Part shown: in pieces, positions 1 to 13,279 of the stretch
Layout: every line of letters starts with the position of its first letter
How positions within the stretch are numbered: position 1 is the stretch's first letter
Assembly: GCA_000004695.1 (NCBI GenBank)
Contig: CM000150.2
Coordinates: 352,001 to 416,000, forward strand
Length of the DNA stretch: 64,000 bases
From: Dictyostelium discoideum
Taxonomy: Eukaryota
Direction of reading: 5' to 3'
Notes under the pieces: generated by a model
What the model was told of the DNA's origin: nothing
What the model saw: the letters and a program-made list of their open reading frames with translations, nothing else
Database searches by the model: none
Translations under genes and position numbers: made by a program

Positions 1-2465
1 TTTTGTTTACGAGCAGCACCAAGTTCACAAGAATTAACTTTAGCAGCGAAACGAAGACTACTTGTTGATTCTTGTAAATCTTTTAATTCTGGAGAGATAT
101 TTACAAACATTAAAGTTTTTGAATTACCACCAATTGAATTTTGTAAGAGAAAAGTGAGTTTACTATTACGATAGGGTATATGTTGTTCTTTATTTGCCAA
201 TGCTGAAATTACATCACCAAGTGATGATAAACTTTTATTGATTGCTTGAGTTTCTTTGAGTTGTTTACCTTCTACACCAGATCTTGAAACACGTTCTGAA
301 CCAGCCAAATCAATAAGATTCAAAAGACCTTGAGTACGTTCAGATGATTGTTGATTATAACCAATTAATTTCAATTGGAAAACCGTATGAGAACGTGATG
401 ATCTCTCATTACAAAGTGTTTTTGCAACTGATCTATTTTTATTTGCCAAATTGAGTAATTCATAGACTTGAGATGGATGTGTAACTGGTACAACTGTCAT
501 ATTAGTAACAGTGGTTACATTTGTATCTGGATTATGTTTAATTTCATATTTTATTTCATTTGATTTCGAGTTACCTCCAGTAGTAGTGGTAGTAGTATTT
601 AAAAGATCATTAATAGTTTCATTATAAATCTCTAAAAAGAAACATTCAATTTGATAAGTCCAACCTTTTTCAGTTAGATCTTGAATGGATGAGAAAATCT
701 TTTCAACAGTTCTTGGTATCATACCACGTTGTGATGGTACTTTTAGGTCACCTAAAATACTATGAGTTTTACCTGAACCAGTTTGACCATATGTAAAAAT
801 GCAAGTATTATAACCATCCAATGAAGATTGAACCAATTGTGAAATATCTTCAAACACCAACTCTTGAGTTGAAGAAGGACCAAATACACGATCAAATGTA
901 AACGTTGATTTCTTTATCGATGCTTCACCATTGAAAGAGTCAATGGTTGGTGATTTCACTTCAACCAAATTATCAGTACCTGCTGGTATATTGAAAACTG
1001 AGCCGTTTGCACCCTGGCCTGAGGAGAAGTCGGGTCTAATCCTACAGAAAACTCTAATGTTTCCTTTAAGTTCTTGAATTGTATTATGTAATTTTCTACG
1101 AACTTTTTCATCGGATCTACTCTTTTCCAAGAGTTCCCTATTCTCTTTCCTCAATGACTCAATCTCGGTATCCCTTTCACGCACCAACTGATTCAAACGT
1201 AATATTTCATCATCAAGATCCTTTGTAACATCTTTCATATTATTGAATTTCTCATCGACTTGAATGGCTTTCAATGATGATGATCTAATCTCATGTTGTA
1301 AATCCAATATCATTTGATTGGATTGTTGTAAATCTCTCTCCATATTATCCTTTAAAACTGAAACTTGACTAACCTTATAATGAGCCTCCATTAATTCTTT
1401 TTCTTTTTCTTTTAATGATTGTAAAACATTTTTTAATTCTAATTTAATTTTTTCAACTTCTTTATTTTTTTCTTCAAAATCTAATCTAGTTTTAATATCT
1501 TGAATTGAAAGTGATACTAAAATAAAATAAAATAAAATAATTAATTAATTAATTAATTAATTAATAAAAAAAAAGTTACAATTGTATATTAAATTTAAAT
1601 TTTAAAACATACATCTTGGTGGCTTTAATTGTTCACTTATATTATCGAATTGAGATTGTAAATTACCTCTAACAGTTTGAGTGAATTGATCGATTTTATT
1701 CATTCTTTCATGAAGTGCATGTTGTTGTTGTAAATCAAAACTACTATTATTACTGCAACTACTACTAATACTTATATTATTATTATTATCATTATTCAAT
1801 GTTGTTGATGTTGTTGTTATTGTTGTTGGAGAAGAATACATTGTTGAAAAGAAATTTGATTTTTCAAATTTAATCGAAGAATTTAATAAATTACTATTTG
1901 GTGATATTGTATTATTTTGTACTGGTGATAATATATTATTATTACTATTACTACTATTATTACTATTGATATTGATATTGTTATTTTTATTATTAATATT
2001 ATTATTATTCATATTTGTATTTAATTTTGAAATTGGAGTTATAGGTTTTTTAAAATTTGAAGTTAATGGTTTATGAGTATCGTCTAATTTCTTTTTAACA
2101 GTTGGTCTAATATTAGTTGTTGGATTATTTCTTTTTTGCATTAATAATGCTCTACTATGATGTGATGAATTTAATTGTGATATTTGCATACTAACATTAT
2201 TAATGCTATTTTTAAGTGGATTATTATTGCTACTACTACTTTCAATATCTTCTAATTTTATATCTGTATTCGTTAAAAGTGGTTGGTGGTATTGTTGTTG
2301 AATGAATTTTGAATCTGTTGAGGGTGGATATGAAATTCTATCGTTTGATTGTGACGATGATGATGCTGGTTTTCTTAATAAACTTGGTCTACTATTGATT
2401 GTATTAGTAATTATATTTAATGGTTGAGATTGTGATTGAGATGAATATAGTTGTCTTTTTTCCAT
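1..2465 (-). CDS. Kinesin-14 family motor protein (C-terminal motor), 5' part of gene. Exon 1 is 1613..2465 (ATG at 2465); a ~95-nt intron spans 1517..1612 (GTATGT...AG); exon 2 is 1516..1 and continues past the window edge, with the stop just off-window.
   Basis: Joining the exons on the minus strand gives a continuous kinesin motor: neck RVFCRIRP, P-loop GQTGSGKT, switch I NERSSRSHTVF, switch II LNLIDLAGSERV, C-terminal SLRFAAKVNSCELG. The N-terminal exon is Asn/Ser-rich and a coiled-coil precedes the motor, consistent with minus-end kinesin-14 (possibly Dictyostelium kif2; symbol not asserted). Confidence 0.85.
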
Positions 2466-3118
2466 TCTAATCTTTCTATATTTTTTGAGTAAACGTGAAT
2501 TAAAAATCCTTTAAAGAAATAAATATAGAAATACCTTTTATTTTATTTCTATATTTATATATATATTTTAATAAACTAAGGAAAAAAAAAAAAAAAAAAT
2601 CAAAAGATTTAAAAAAAAAAAAAAAAATTAAAAGTATATACAAATGAATTTGATTTTTATTTTATTTTATTTTATTTAAATATTCATACAAATAATAAAA
2701 AACAAAAAAAAAAAAAAAAAAACAAAAGAAAAAAAAAATTAAAAGCCAATTTCATAAATTATGAAATTTTTAAATTAGTCGTTGATTTTTTTTTTTAAAA
2801 ATTTGGGGGGAAAAAAAAAAAAAAAGATAAACCACACGCTCTAGGTTATTATTATTATTATTGGTAATGTATTATGTTTAGGCTATTATATAATTCAATT
2901 TGTTATCATCATGGTTGTGTTTATTCTTTCATCCCCCCCCCCCCCCCCCCCAAACAGATTAGTTTCAATGGTTTAAAAATTGTTGTATTTATATTTTTTT
3001 TTTTTTTTAATTTTTATTTTTATTTTTAATTTTAATTATATAGAGTGAGTGAGATATATATTAGTTTTTTTTTATTTCTTAGACAAAAAATTGATTACTT
3101 TAATTTTTTTTTTTTTTT

Positions 3119-3150
<32 letters not shown>

Positions 3151-3158
3151 TTTTTTTC

Positions 3159-3773
3159 TTATGGAGACATTTCAATTAAACATTTAACAAAATCTTTTTC
3201 ATATTGAGAATTTAATAATAGATCAGTTGTTAAAACTGTTGATCTTAAAAGACCAGGACTGAAAACCATAGCAACATTATCGATATCCATTTTTGAGTAT
3301 TGAGCATAATGAGGTTGAGAGACATTCTTTAAGAAAGGTATTAAGAAATTGAGTACCTCTTTATTTTGATCTGGGATCAATGAGATGATACGTGAGACCT
3401 CCTCTTTGGAACGACTTTTAATGGCATCATTATAGAGTTCGGATGGAATGATTGGATGAACCAATTCTCTAAGCCAAAGTTTCAAAAGACCAGCCAATAC
3501 ATGAGGATCCTGAGTATCCAATGAGAAATCATGTTCATTAATTTGTTTCTTTAATCTATTCACCTCTGTACCACTACCAGTTATACGGAAAATACCCTCT
3601 GTATAGGGACCATTTAAGCTCATAATACTCTCTGTCAACAATTTAAGTATCAATGGATAAGGTAATGATGATGGTGATAAAGATTGAGCATCTCTTTGAT
3701 TCTCCATAATTTGTGATAATGTATTATTAAAAATATTTTGATTTACAATTGTGTTATCGGATGATGATTTCTT

Positions 3774-3804
<31 letters not shown>

Positions 3805-5213
3805 GATTTCTTTTCTTCCTCTTCTTTCTTTTTTTTATCTTTTTTCTCTTGTTCTTCTTTTTTCTTTTTATCTTTTTTCTCTTGTTCTTCTTTACCTTTT
3901 TTCTCTTTTTTCTCTTTCTTTTCTGAATCTTCTTTCTCCTTTTTAATACGTTCACGTTCTCTACGTTCACGTTCTTCTTGATCACGTTTCTCTTTTAACT
4001 CTGCAGACTTTGAAGCTGATCCTAAAATTTTATCATCAAAAAATGGTGTTGCAACTGGTGGTGATAAACCATGTTGTAAACGATTAACTAACATTGTATT
4101 TAAATCTTGTGATAACCTTTTATTTACAACTGAATTATCTATACTATTACGTTTTAATGGTGATATCGATACAATTGGTGGTGGTGTTGTTGATTGTTGT
4201 TGGTTGTTGTTTGATGGTATATATGGAACAAAATTATTATTATTTATATTTATATTTGGTGGTGGTGGTAGTATTATATTATTATTATTATTGTTTATAT
4301 TATTTATATTATTTGAATTATTTTGATTTTGTTGAGGTTTTATAAATTGACCCATTTGTTTTGGATCTAATGATGCTGATCTTGTTGGTACTGGTGGTGG
4401 TGGTGGTTTAAAATATCCTACTGAATTTTGTGATTGTAAACTTGGTGAGCCATTTGATGATGCACTATTAACAAATGATCCACTGTTGTTATTATTATTA
4501 TTGTTATTATTAAAAAAAGATGGAGGTGGCGGTATGCCTCCGCTAGTACTTAAGTTTAAACTATTTATATTATTATTACTATTGTTATTACTATTATTAT
4601 TATTATTAGCACTTCCATCACTATTTCGTAATATTCTTGGAGGTAATGGAACACCACCACTTAGATTTAATGAAGATGATGATGGTGAAGTTGTTGTTGA
4701 TGAAGATGGTGACAATGTTGGTGGTGGTGGTAAATTGGTTGGTGGTGGTGGTGGTAAATGTACAATTGGTGGAGGTGGTGGTGCCGTATTTCCATTTAAA
4801 GGTGGTGATGATACAATTCGTTTTGGTAAAATTGGTGATGATGATGGTGAAAGTTTCTTTATAAATGCTGGTGGTGGTGGCATTGTTGTCGTTGTTGTTG
4901 TTGTTGTTGTTGGTGGTCCACCATTATTATTAGTTGGTGTTGGTGGTACTTTTCTTGCTACATTTGGTGATGATGATGGTGATTGTCTAATTGACGATGA
5001 TGGTGATGACGATGATGATGATGGATTAATATTATTCGATGGTGATTGTGGTGATAGTGATGTTCCTACCTCTCTTGGTGAGGTATTTGATGCTAATTGT
5101 TGTTGTGTTGGTTGAGGTGGTGGTCTAACTGGTTTTAATTGTACACTGTGTAATGATGGTAATTGAAATCCTTGTGGTGATGATTGAACTGGTGGTGGAG
5201 GTAATTTACTCAT
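3159..5213 (-). CDS. RhoGAP-domain protein with a long proline-rich (FH1-like polyPro) N-terminal region and a Lys/Glu-rich charged linker
   Basis: Single 684-aa ORF. C-terminal domain [21 protein letters not shown]...[15 protein letters not shown]...[12 protein letters not shown] matches the RhoGAP catalytic core including the arginine finger (GIFRITGS). The N-terminus holds PPPP runs and a poly-Thr tract. Confidence 0.8.
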
Positions 5214-5367
5214 TTTTGTTTATTTTTTTTTTTACTATTTACTATTTACTATTATAACTTTAATATATTAAATTTTAATGATTATTACAATGAATATTAT
5301 ATATATATATATATTAAAAAAATAAAAAATATAAAATAATAATAATAAAATGTTAATATTTATATTG

Positions 5368-5398
<31 letters not shown>

Positions 5399-5815
5399 AT
5401 AAATAAAAAAAAAAAATAAAAAAAAGAAATAATTAAAAATGTTTGTAAATAAAAAAAACTATAAAAGTGTCAATAGACAGATATATATAAATATATAAAT
5501 ATATATAAATATAAATACAGTTGAAATGTCTATAGGTGAATTATGTTATGATTGTTGTATGATGACTATTATTGCTATTTTTAGAAGTAAATACTAATAA
5601 TCTTGAAAGAAAAAACTTTTTTATTTTTATTATTTTTTATATTCTTTTTCCTTTATGATTTTTACTCCTCCTTTTTAAATTTGTAATAATTATGTATATG
5701 TATTGTTTGCTATCAATTATATTTAATTTTTTATTATTTTTTTATTATTTTTTTATTATTTTATTAATTTTTTAATTTTTTAATTTTTTAATTTTTTTTT
5801 AATTTATTATTATTT

Positions 5816-5846
<31 letters not shown>

Positions 5847-5897
5847 TATTTTTTTGGACAATGGCATAAAAGAAATTATATACTTTTTAAAATGATA

Positions 5898-5931
<34 letters not shown>

Positions 5932-6108
5932 AAAATGTGGGTGGGTATTAAAAATGTTTTGTGTGTGTGTCATTAAAAATGTGTGTTTTGTTTTTTTTTT
6001 TATTATTTTTATTATTATTTTTATTATTATTATTATTTTTAATTACTTTTTTTTGTTTAATAATATTGTTGATATTGGTATTCTTTTCTTTATTTATTTT
6101 TATTTTTT

Positions 6109-6142
<34 letters not shown>

Positions 6143-6199
6143 AACGATTATATAGGTATACAATAACAAGGCTAAAAAATATAGTAAAGAAATGATAAA

Positions 6200-6237
<38 letters not shown>

Positions 6238-6282
6238 AAAAAATAAAAAAAAAAAAAATTAAAAAATAAAAATCGTTTAGAT

Positions 6283-6735
6283 TAGAGGTTGCCTCATAAT
6301 CTCACAATCAATCGTGAATCTGTTTTTTTTCTTTTTCAAAAATTTGAATTTTTTTTTTTTTTTTTTAGTTTTTGTTTTTTTTTGAAATCAATGAAACATA
6401 GTTTTTTTTTTTTTTTTGAGTGGTTGATTAAAAAAAGATAAATAGGTACAGAAGATATTTATATACTTACTTTACTTTTAATATAAATAATAAAGAAGAA
6501 AAAAATTTAAAAAAAAAATTAAAAAAAAAAAAAAAAAAATTTTTATTCGAAGAATGGGATGGCATTTTAGAGAGTTTAAATTTTTTTATTTTTATTTTTT
6601 TTTTATTTTTTTTTATTTTTTTTCAGTTAATTTTGATGTTTAAACATTTAGACTTTGATTCACTGACAAAATGTGTGGTTAGCGGGGGGGTAACAATTTC
6701 CAATTTTTAAACTTGTGAGATTATGAGGCGACCTT
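6283..6735. mobile_element. Candidate MITE-like non-autonomous element: 21-bp terminal inverted repeats (aggtYgcctcataatctcacaa) flank ~410 bp of non-coding AT-rich sequence
   Basis: 6286-6308 aggttgcctcataatctcacaa and the reverse complement of 6712-6733 (aggtcgcctcataatctcacaa) match 21/22. The interior has no ORF but contains a G7 run (6685-6691). The GC-containing TIRs stand out from the surrounding A/T homopolymers. Confidence 0.35.
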
Positions 6736-6849
6736 ACAATGCCAGAATTTAATTTTTTTTTTCTGTTTTATAATAAAAAAAAATAAAAATAAAAAACAAT
6801 AACAACTGGTTAAAAAAAAAAAAAAAAAAAAAAAAATTGTTATAGGATT

Positions 6850-6883
<34 letters not shown>

Positions 6884-6931
6884 TTTAGAAAAATAAAATT
6901 TTAAATATAATATAATATAATTTAATTTATT

Positions 6932-8995
6932 TTAAATTAAAATTAATGACGATGATAATAATAAAATTAAAATAAATGAAATTGATAAAATTGAAGATTC
7001 ATTTGGAATATCTAGCTTACTACTATCATTGATAGTACTACCTGTAGTTGTGGTAGGTGATAATTTTACAACTCTAACGAATAAGATTTCAATATCTTTT
7101 GAACCTGTGTTGATGATTTCAAAATCAGCATTTCTGCCAACTGAAATTGAGTTTGTGAATTGAATTGATGTGAAATTAAATGTAGCAGTATAATAAGTAT
7201 TTGTAGTACCAACAGATACAGAAGAGGTGTTAGATACCACGTTATTGCTATCTTTATATCTAATTAACCATTGAGTAGATTGTAAATCTAAATAGGTTAC
7301 TTTAATTTGAACATTTGAAATTGTACCAAATGAAAAATCGTCATCTACAAAGAACGACATTGTATTATTACCAGTTACCAAATCAGTTTGTCTACCTTCA
7401 TAAGAGATACCTAAATCAGTATTTCCACCATAAATATTAGTTTTTTTTACACTGCCATTCTTTGTGTATGCACCGCCCTTGATATCCCTTTGAAGTAAAT
7501 TAGTCTCCAAATTCTTAATATAGGGCTTACCAGGCCAATTCAATGAGGTGTCGTAAATCCAGAACGTATCTTGTGCATTTCTGAGTGTCGCCCATGCATC
7601 GAATGCTGTTGTCGATTGCTTTCCTAATGAATAACGCATCCAATTGTAAAAATCGGGGTAGGTGCTTAGATAACTACTAGATGCCACTAAATATAGCCAA
7701 TTTACACCCATTTGTAGTGCTTTCAAATTCGACATTTTCACAGCATAATAAATATTTGATGATGCAACTGTAAAACCACAATCATTATAACACTCATTCT
7801 CAGTACCAATAACTCTATTTGGATTTGCTTGAAGTAACCATGACTTGTTAAATTTTAAATATCCACTAGTTGTATCAATCGTTACACCATATGCTGGAAT
7901 TTCTGATAAATGAAAATTAAATATCTCTGTAATACCATTTCTAATACCCATACCTTTTGAAACTGCATCTCTTGCTAATAAATTCTTTCCACTTGGCCAA
8001 CTATCAACATCAAATGGATAATCTTCACCTGTATAAACTAATTTATAACTATATGGTCCAAATATATCAACTAAATCTTTCATTGCTTGTTGAAACCATG
8101 TATTAAATGACTTTTTTTTTTTTCAAAAAATTAATTAATAAATAATTATTATTTTTAAAAGATTCTTAAAGTGTGTGTTAACTTACAGCATAAGAATAAC
8201 CTGTTGAAGTTGAATAATTTCCAATTTCAGTAAAATCAAATTCACACCAATTAAAAGCACCTGGTACATAAATGAATTTTAATCTTGGATCAGCACGCAT
8301 ATTTAAATCTAAAAATATCTTTTTTTTTTTTTTTTTTTTTTTAATTTTTTTTGATTTAAAATTTTAATTAGTTTTTTTTTTTTTTTTTTTTTTGGAAAAT
8401 CTCTGTTGGATTTTTTTATAATAAATAGTTACATGTGAATACATTTTTTTAATTTCTCCCCAAACACAAGAATTCCAAATTGGTAAATGAGCATCACCGT
8501 CATAATCTTGACCAATACTAGCGACATTACAAAATGATTGAATCCAAGTTGGTGCCCAATTTACACCAGAATTCCAAATTCTCATCCAAAATTGTTTAGT
8601 TGTTGAATTTTGAGAATTGAATGAACTAAATGTCATATCTTTTACAGAAGCACTTGTTGTAAAAGTGTAAACATCTTTTGATGGATTAATTTGTTTCCAA
8701 GCAATATCAAATACTCCTACATTGATATTAACATTTGCAGTTCTTTCCTCTGAAAAGAATCCAGAATTTGTTGTTATTGTTGCCCAATTTGGTACTGTCC
8801 AATCATCACCTGACTTTTTTTTTTGAATTTTTTTTTAATTTTTAATTATTATTAATATTACTATTATTTTTATTATTATTATGTTTAAAATAAAAATCTT
8901 ACTTTTAAATCAGGTCCACTAACTGTACCATTAATAAAAGGTATTGAAACAATTGTTAAAAAAATAAAAATAAAAATAATTGTCAAATATTTCAT
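6932..8995 (-). CDS. Secreted, probably GPI-anchored protein (~594 aa), putative glycoside-hydrolase-like. Four exons: 8903..8995, 8433..8813, 8187..8318, 6932..8110.
   Basis: Exon 1 encodes signal peptide MKYLTIIFIFIFLTIVSIPFINGTV with a GTAAGA donor. Exon phases are all 0 and exon lengths are multiples of 3. The C-terminus ends with a Ser-rich stretch plus hydrophobic tail (ILSISFILILLLSSSLILI), typical of a GPI signal. Trp/Tyr/Asn-rich mature region (NWAPTWIQSFCNVASIGQDYDGDAHLPIWNSC; NWCEFDFTEIGNY). The exon 2 donor is non-canonical GTAACT, so that junction is less certain. Confidence 0.6.
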
Positions 8996-9027
8996 TTTAT
9001 TTATTTATTTAAAAAAGAAATATAAAA

Positions 9028-9058
<31 letters not shown>

Positions 9059-9554
9059 ATTTTTCTGAAAACCATTGGTTTTTTTAAATTAAAAAAAAAA
9101 AAATAAAAATAAAAATTAAAAAAAAAATAAAATAGATATTTGTTTTGGAAAAAAAAAAAAAATCAAAAAAAATCTGGTTTCAAATCTTTTTTTAATTCCA
9201 TAATTTGTTTAACAAAAAAATAGAAATTTTTTTTTTTTTTTTTTTTTTTATTATTTATTATTTTAGTTTCCATTCAAGTAATTGATTTTATTGAAAATTA
9301 TTAGTTTTTATTAATATTGAAAAATAGTCTGAATTCCCAAATTAAAATTTAATAATTACGAATAAAAAAGTATATAAAAAAAAAAGGAATGTCATTCTTT
9401 TTTTTTTTCCATTTAATTAGTAATGATTTATTGTTTTGTTTTTTTATTATTTTTTTTTATTTTTTATTTTTTTATCTTTTTTTTTTTATCTTTTTTTTTA
9501 TCTTTTTTTTTTTATGTTTTTTTTTATCTTTTTTTTTTTTTTTATTATTATAAT

Positions 9555-9752
9555 TTAATCTAAACTTGCAACAGTTGTATTATTCCAAGAATTTGAAGTA
9601 TAAACTTTTTTGGTAGCTTTCTTTGGTTTTTGTTGAGGACCAGATGCTTCAATAATATGTCTCTTTTGTAAACTTTGATATCTATCTTTAAGTGGATTAT
9701 AATTATTCTATAATATAAATAAAAAAATAATATTATTAGTATAAATTATATA

Positions 9753-9789
<37 letters not shown>

Positions 9790-10932
9790 ATTTACATTTC
9801 TTAAAGTTGATAATGATTTTGGTAATTCATGAGTTAATAAAATTGGTTCAGAAGAATCAGATAATTTATATTTTCCTAAACGTCTTGGCATATTATTTAA
9901 AGATTTCTTTTCAACACGTTTTTTATTTAATTCTTTTGCAACTTGTTCAGCTTCAACAACCTCTTGTAAAGTATCAAGAACTTCATCAACTTGTTTATTG
10001 AATTCTTTCTTTTGTAATGCTAATTTCTGTCTTTTCATTTCTTCAGCTCTTCTAATTCTTTTATTTTTCTCTAATTTTGTAATTCTTTCACCTGGTTTTC
10101 CAACATTATTATTATCAATATTATCAGTATTATTATCATCATCTTCAATAGTATCATCTTTTTCATATTCAATATATTCTGGATTTAAAACTTTATCAAC
10201 ATTTTCAACATATTCTAAAGCGATAATTTCTTTTGCTAATGCAACACCCAATGTATCTTGATGATCTTGATAGGATGGATTATAAGACATACCAGGTTCA
10301 GCGATTTCAAGACTATCAACTTTTTTAATAACTGATGGATGATTTACCATTTTAGTATGTTTAATAACTCTATTCTCTAAAAGATTATTTGTAACGAAAT
10401 CATTATTTTTATCAATAATTGTTGTTATCTTTTTAAAGTTTTTATTTATTTTAATTTTCTTTTCTATATTTTCATTATTATTTTCATTACTATTATTGTT
10501 AGTAGTGCTAGTGCTACCCCAAAGATCAATTGATTGATTTTTTAATTTTGATTTTTGTTTTCTTAATGTTGTTTTTGCAGGTAATAAAGATTTTTGTTTT
10601 TTTAAATTTGTTAAGTGTTTTTGAAATTTCATTTCAACAGGTGCTAATAATTTCTTTTCAACTTTTTCATGTTTTGTACCTGTTGACATTGAATCAATAT
10701 TTGGATTTGCTTGTAATATCTTTTCTGATTTTGTTAAATATTCTACACTCTTATTTGATGAACTTGTTGTAGAACCACCTTTTTTATCAACGAAAAATAA
10801 TTGATTATCTTTTTTTTCACTAACTGGTGCACCATATTTAATTCTATGTTGAACTTCTTTTTCCATAACTTCCATTGCAATTGTAGTTTGTTCAACTCTT
10901 GCTCTTTGTTTTTGATTTTTTTTATGTACCAT
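9555..10932 (-). CDS. Nop53/GLTSCR2-family ribosome biogenesis protein. Two exons: 9796..10932 and 9555..9707, with a GTAAAT...AG intron.
   Basis: Basic N-terminus MVHKKNQKQRARVEQ. The C-terminal region ...RLGKYKLSDSSEPILLTHELPKSLSTLRN|NNYNPLKDRYQSLQKRHIIEASGPQQKPKK resembles the conserved GLTSCR2/Nop53 C-terminus (RLG+LKY..., DRFKSLQRRNMIEPR). Exon lengths fit the frame (379 codons + 51 codons). Confidence 0.6.
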
Positions 10933-11103
10933 TTTTTTTTTTTTTATTATATATTTATATATTAATATTTATTTATTTATTTATTTATTATTATTTACAA
11001 ATTGGTGGTATCTTTCGTTTTTTTTTTTTTTTGATTTTTTTAAAAATAAAAATAAAAAAAAAAAAAAAAATTTTGTCGTTTTTTTTTTTTTTGAATTATT
11101 TTA

Positions 11104-11134
<31 letters not shown>

Positions 11135-11409
11135 ATTTTAAAAGTTTATTTGAGGTGATCAAAACAAAAGTAGAAAATGAAATAACAATAATAAAAAAAA
11201 AAAAAAATAAATAAAAATAAAAATATATTTTTGAAAATAAAATAAAATAAAAAAATGGGGTTTTTTTTTTTTTTTTTTATTTTTTTTTTTTTAATATTAT
11301 AAGAATAAAAACACACACACAATAAACAAATGATATATTAAATAATTGTAATAGTAATAAAAATAATAATAAAAATAATAATAAAAATAATAATAGTAAT
11401 AGCATAATA

Positions 11410-12574
11410 ATGAACAATAAATATTATTCAATAGTTTTAATGATATTTATAATTTTATTAAAAGTATATTTTTTTTATATTGAAAATATATATTTTTTAT
11501 GATTTCTAATTTCTAATTTCTAATATTTTTTTTTTATTACCCATTATTTTTTTTTTTTTTTTTTCACAGATAAAATTTAACAAAAGTTATACAACACATT
11601 ATAATGTTAAAACAATATTAAGATATGCAGATAATCATGAAGATACATTTCTATGGGCAAGTAATCAAACTGCATGGGATAGAGATTGGAAGAATAAAAT
11701 TGGTATTGTTTCAGTTGATACATGTCCATTTGTAAAATCAGTACTGATTCCAAAAGAGAATACATTCTATTGTGTATTACCTTACAATGATTTAGACCAA
11801 TTTGGTAGAAAAGCAAATGCATATCAAATTCCATGGGCCACATCCTCAGATCCTGATGAATATTCAATATTAAAGAATCGATGGATTAAAGTATCCCATA
11901 AGGATGCGATGGCATTCTGCCAATATGAAGACGTGGGTCCTCAATACGATGATGATTTCTCCTATGTTTTCGGTACAAGTCATAGTTTACCAGAGTCTCA
12001 ATATGGTGGTTTAGCAATTTCACCACATGTAGCTCAATTCCTAGGTATCTATGAAAGATTTAAACCAGTTGCAAAAATTGAAGAAGATGACGACAATTCC
12101 TCAATGTTTTCAAATAGTTTTTATTCATTCCGTTTTAATGATATTACAATGTCACCAATTATAAATTCAACATCATCATCATCAAATTCATCATCATCAT
12201 CAAATTCATCATTATCATCAGAATCATTATCAGAATCAAATTCTCATGATATATCAAATGAAAATAATAAAGTTAGTAATTCAAATAATAATGGACCAAT
12301 AATTGAAATACCAAAATATGATCCACAAACAGTTTTAGATTTTGAAAGTAGTACATTAACAGTGTTTTCAACTACATCTACTTTGAAAAAGGATGATAAT
12401 GATGTTAGATGTACTTGGCAATTTATGGATGATAAGGATGTACCTGATGGTCCTTGGAAAAAGATTGTAACTACCTCTCAAAGTGATAGAATTTTAAAAA
12501 GTTTTATTCGTCATAATGAAAAAGATATCGTTGGTGAAGCGTTAGATAAACCTCCTTCAATTTCATCTTCATAA
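11410..12574 (+). CDS. Secreted hypothetical protein (~352 aa). Exon 1 is 11410..11463 (signal peptide MNNKYYSIVLMIFIILLK); the intron ends in ttcacag; exon 2 is 11570..12574.
   Basis: The ORF frame stays open upstream of the listed 11909 start back to an acceptor at 11569. An N-terminal hydrophobic exon sits upstream. There is a Cys/Trp-containing globular domain (CPFVKSVLIP...YQIPWATSSD...GGLAISPHVAQFLG, weakly DPBB/3D-like), then a Ser-rich linker and C-terminal domain. The exon 1 donor GTATAT is atypical. Confidence 0.5.
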
Positions 12575-12625
12575 ATTTCAAATTGCGTGGGCGTGTATGT
12601 GTATATATAAATAAATAGAAAATTC

Positions 12626-12657
<32 letters not shown>

Positions 12658-12677
12658 TTTTTTTATTAAAATACAAA

Positions 12678-12708
<31 letters not shown>

Positions 12709-12770
12709 ATATGGCTTTTTTCTTTTACTTTTTCTTTTTCTTTTTTTTTAAATTTTAAATTTAATCCTGT

Positions 12771-13279
12771 TTATCGAAAAAATCACCTCTTTCACCTTTA
12801 ATGGCAGAAATTAAAAATACTACTGCACTTATATCCATTACCATAGCTGCTAACATGGTTGGTACTAAAAAGTAACATAATACACTAAGTCCTGCCATTA
12901 ATGCTGCTGCGACATAATATTGATGAAAAATTGCTTTTAATGGTCCTAAAAATGAAAGTGGGTATAATAATGGATATAAAACACCACCAACACAACTTCA
13001 TATTTTTATTTTTATTTTTATTTTTATTTTTATTTTTATTTTTATTTTTATTTTTATTTTTATTTTTATTTTTAAAATAAGTATTTATTAATAAATTTAA
13101 AATTTTCAAAATATAAATATAAATATAAATCTTAATAATAATAAAAATATAATTACATTGAATAGATTGCTATATATCTTCTTTCATACCAAATACCCAT
13201 AATTCCACCTGCAATTAAACACCAACATGCAGCCATTCCAATCATTGCTGCCCAATTACCAAGTTTAAATTTTCCCATA
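12771..13279 (-). CDS. cybA: Cytochrome b-245 light chain (p22phox, NADPH oxidase subunit). Exons 13157..13279 and 12771..12995; the intron GTAATT...AG contains (TTTTTA)11.
   Basis: The spliced product MGKFKLGNWAAMIGMAACWCLIAGGIMGIWYERRYIAIYSICVGGVLYPLLYPLSFLGPLKAIFHQYYVAAALMAGLSVLCYFLVPTMLAAMVMDISAVVFLISAIKGERGDFFDKQD aligns with the p22phox transmembrane core (NYYVRAVLHLLLSV..., IASGIYLLAAVRGEQW). Confidence 0.8.

Noticed and set aside
3743-5115. Several plus-strand ORFs (3749..3946, 3751..3981, 4094..4345, 4486..5115, 4637..4864) antisense to the RhoGAP gene
   Set aside because: They translate to homopolymeric L/F/D/G/V strings and mirror the sense-strand Pro/Lys/Glu/Asn codon repeats. 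They are a low-complexity artefact, not genes. The same applies to 37276..38109, 38594..38857, 40340..42838, 43122..43358 and 44666..45067, which are antisense to other low-complexity coding regions.
13190-13205. acccataa (DUSE-like ncRNA promoter motif) on the plus strand
   Set aside because: It falls inside cybA coding exon 1 (antisense of ...IMGIW...) with no plausible ncRNA downstream, and my recollection of the DUSE consensus is imprecise.
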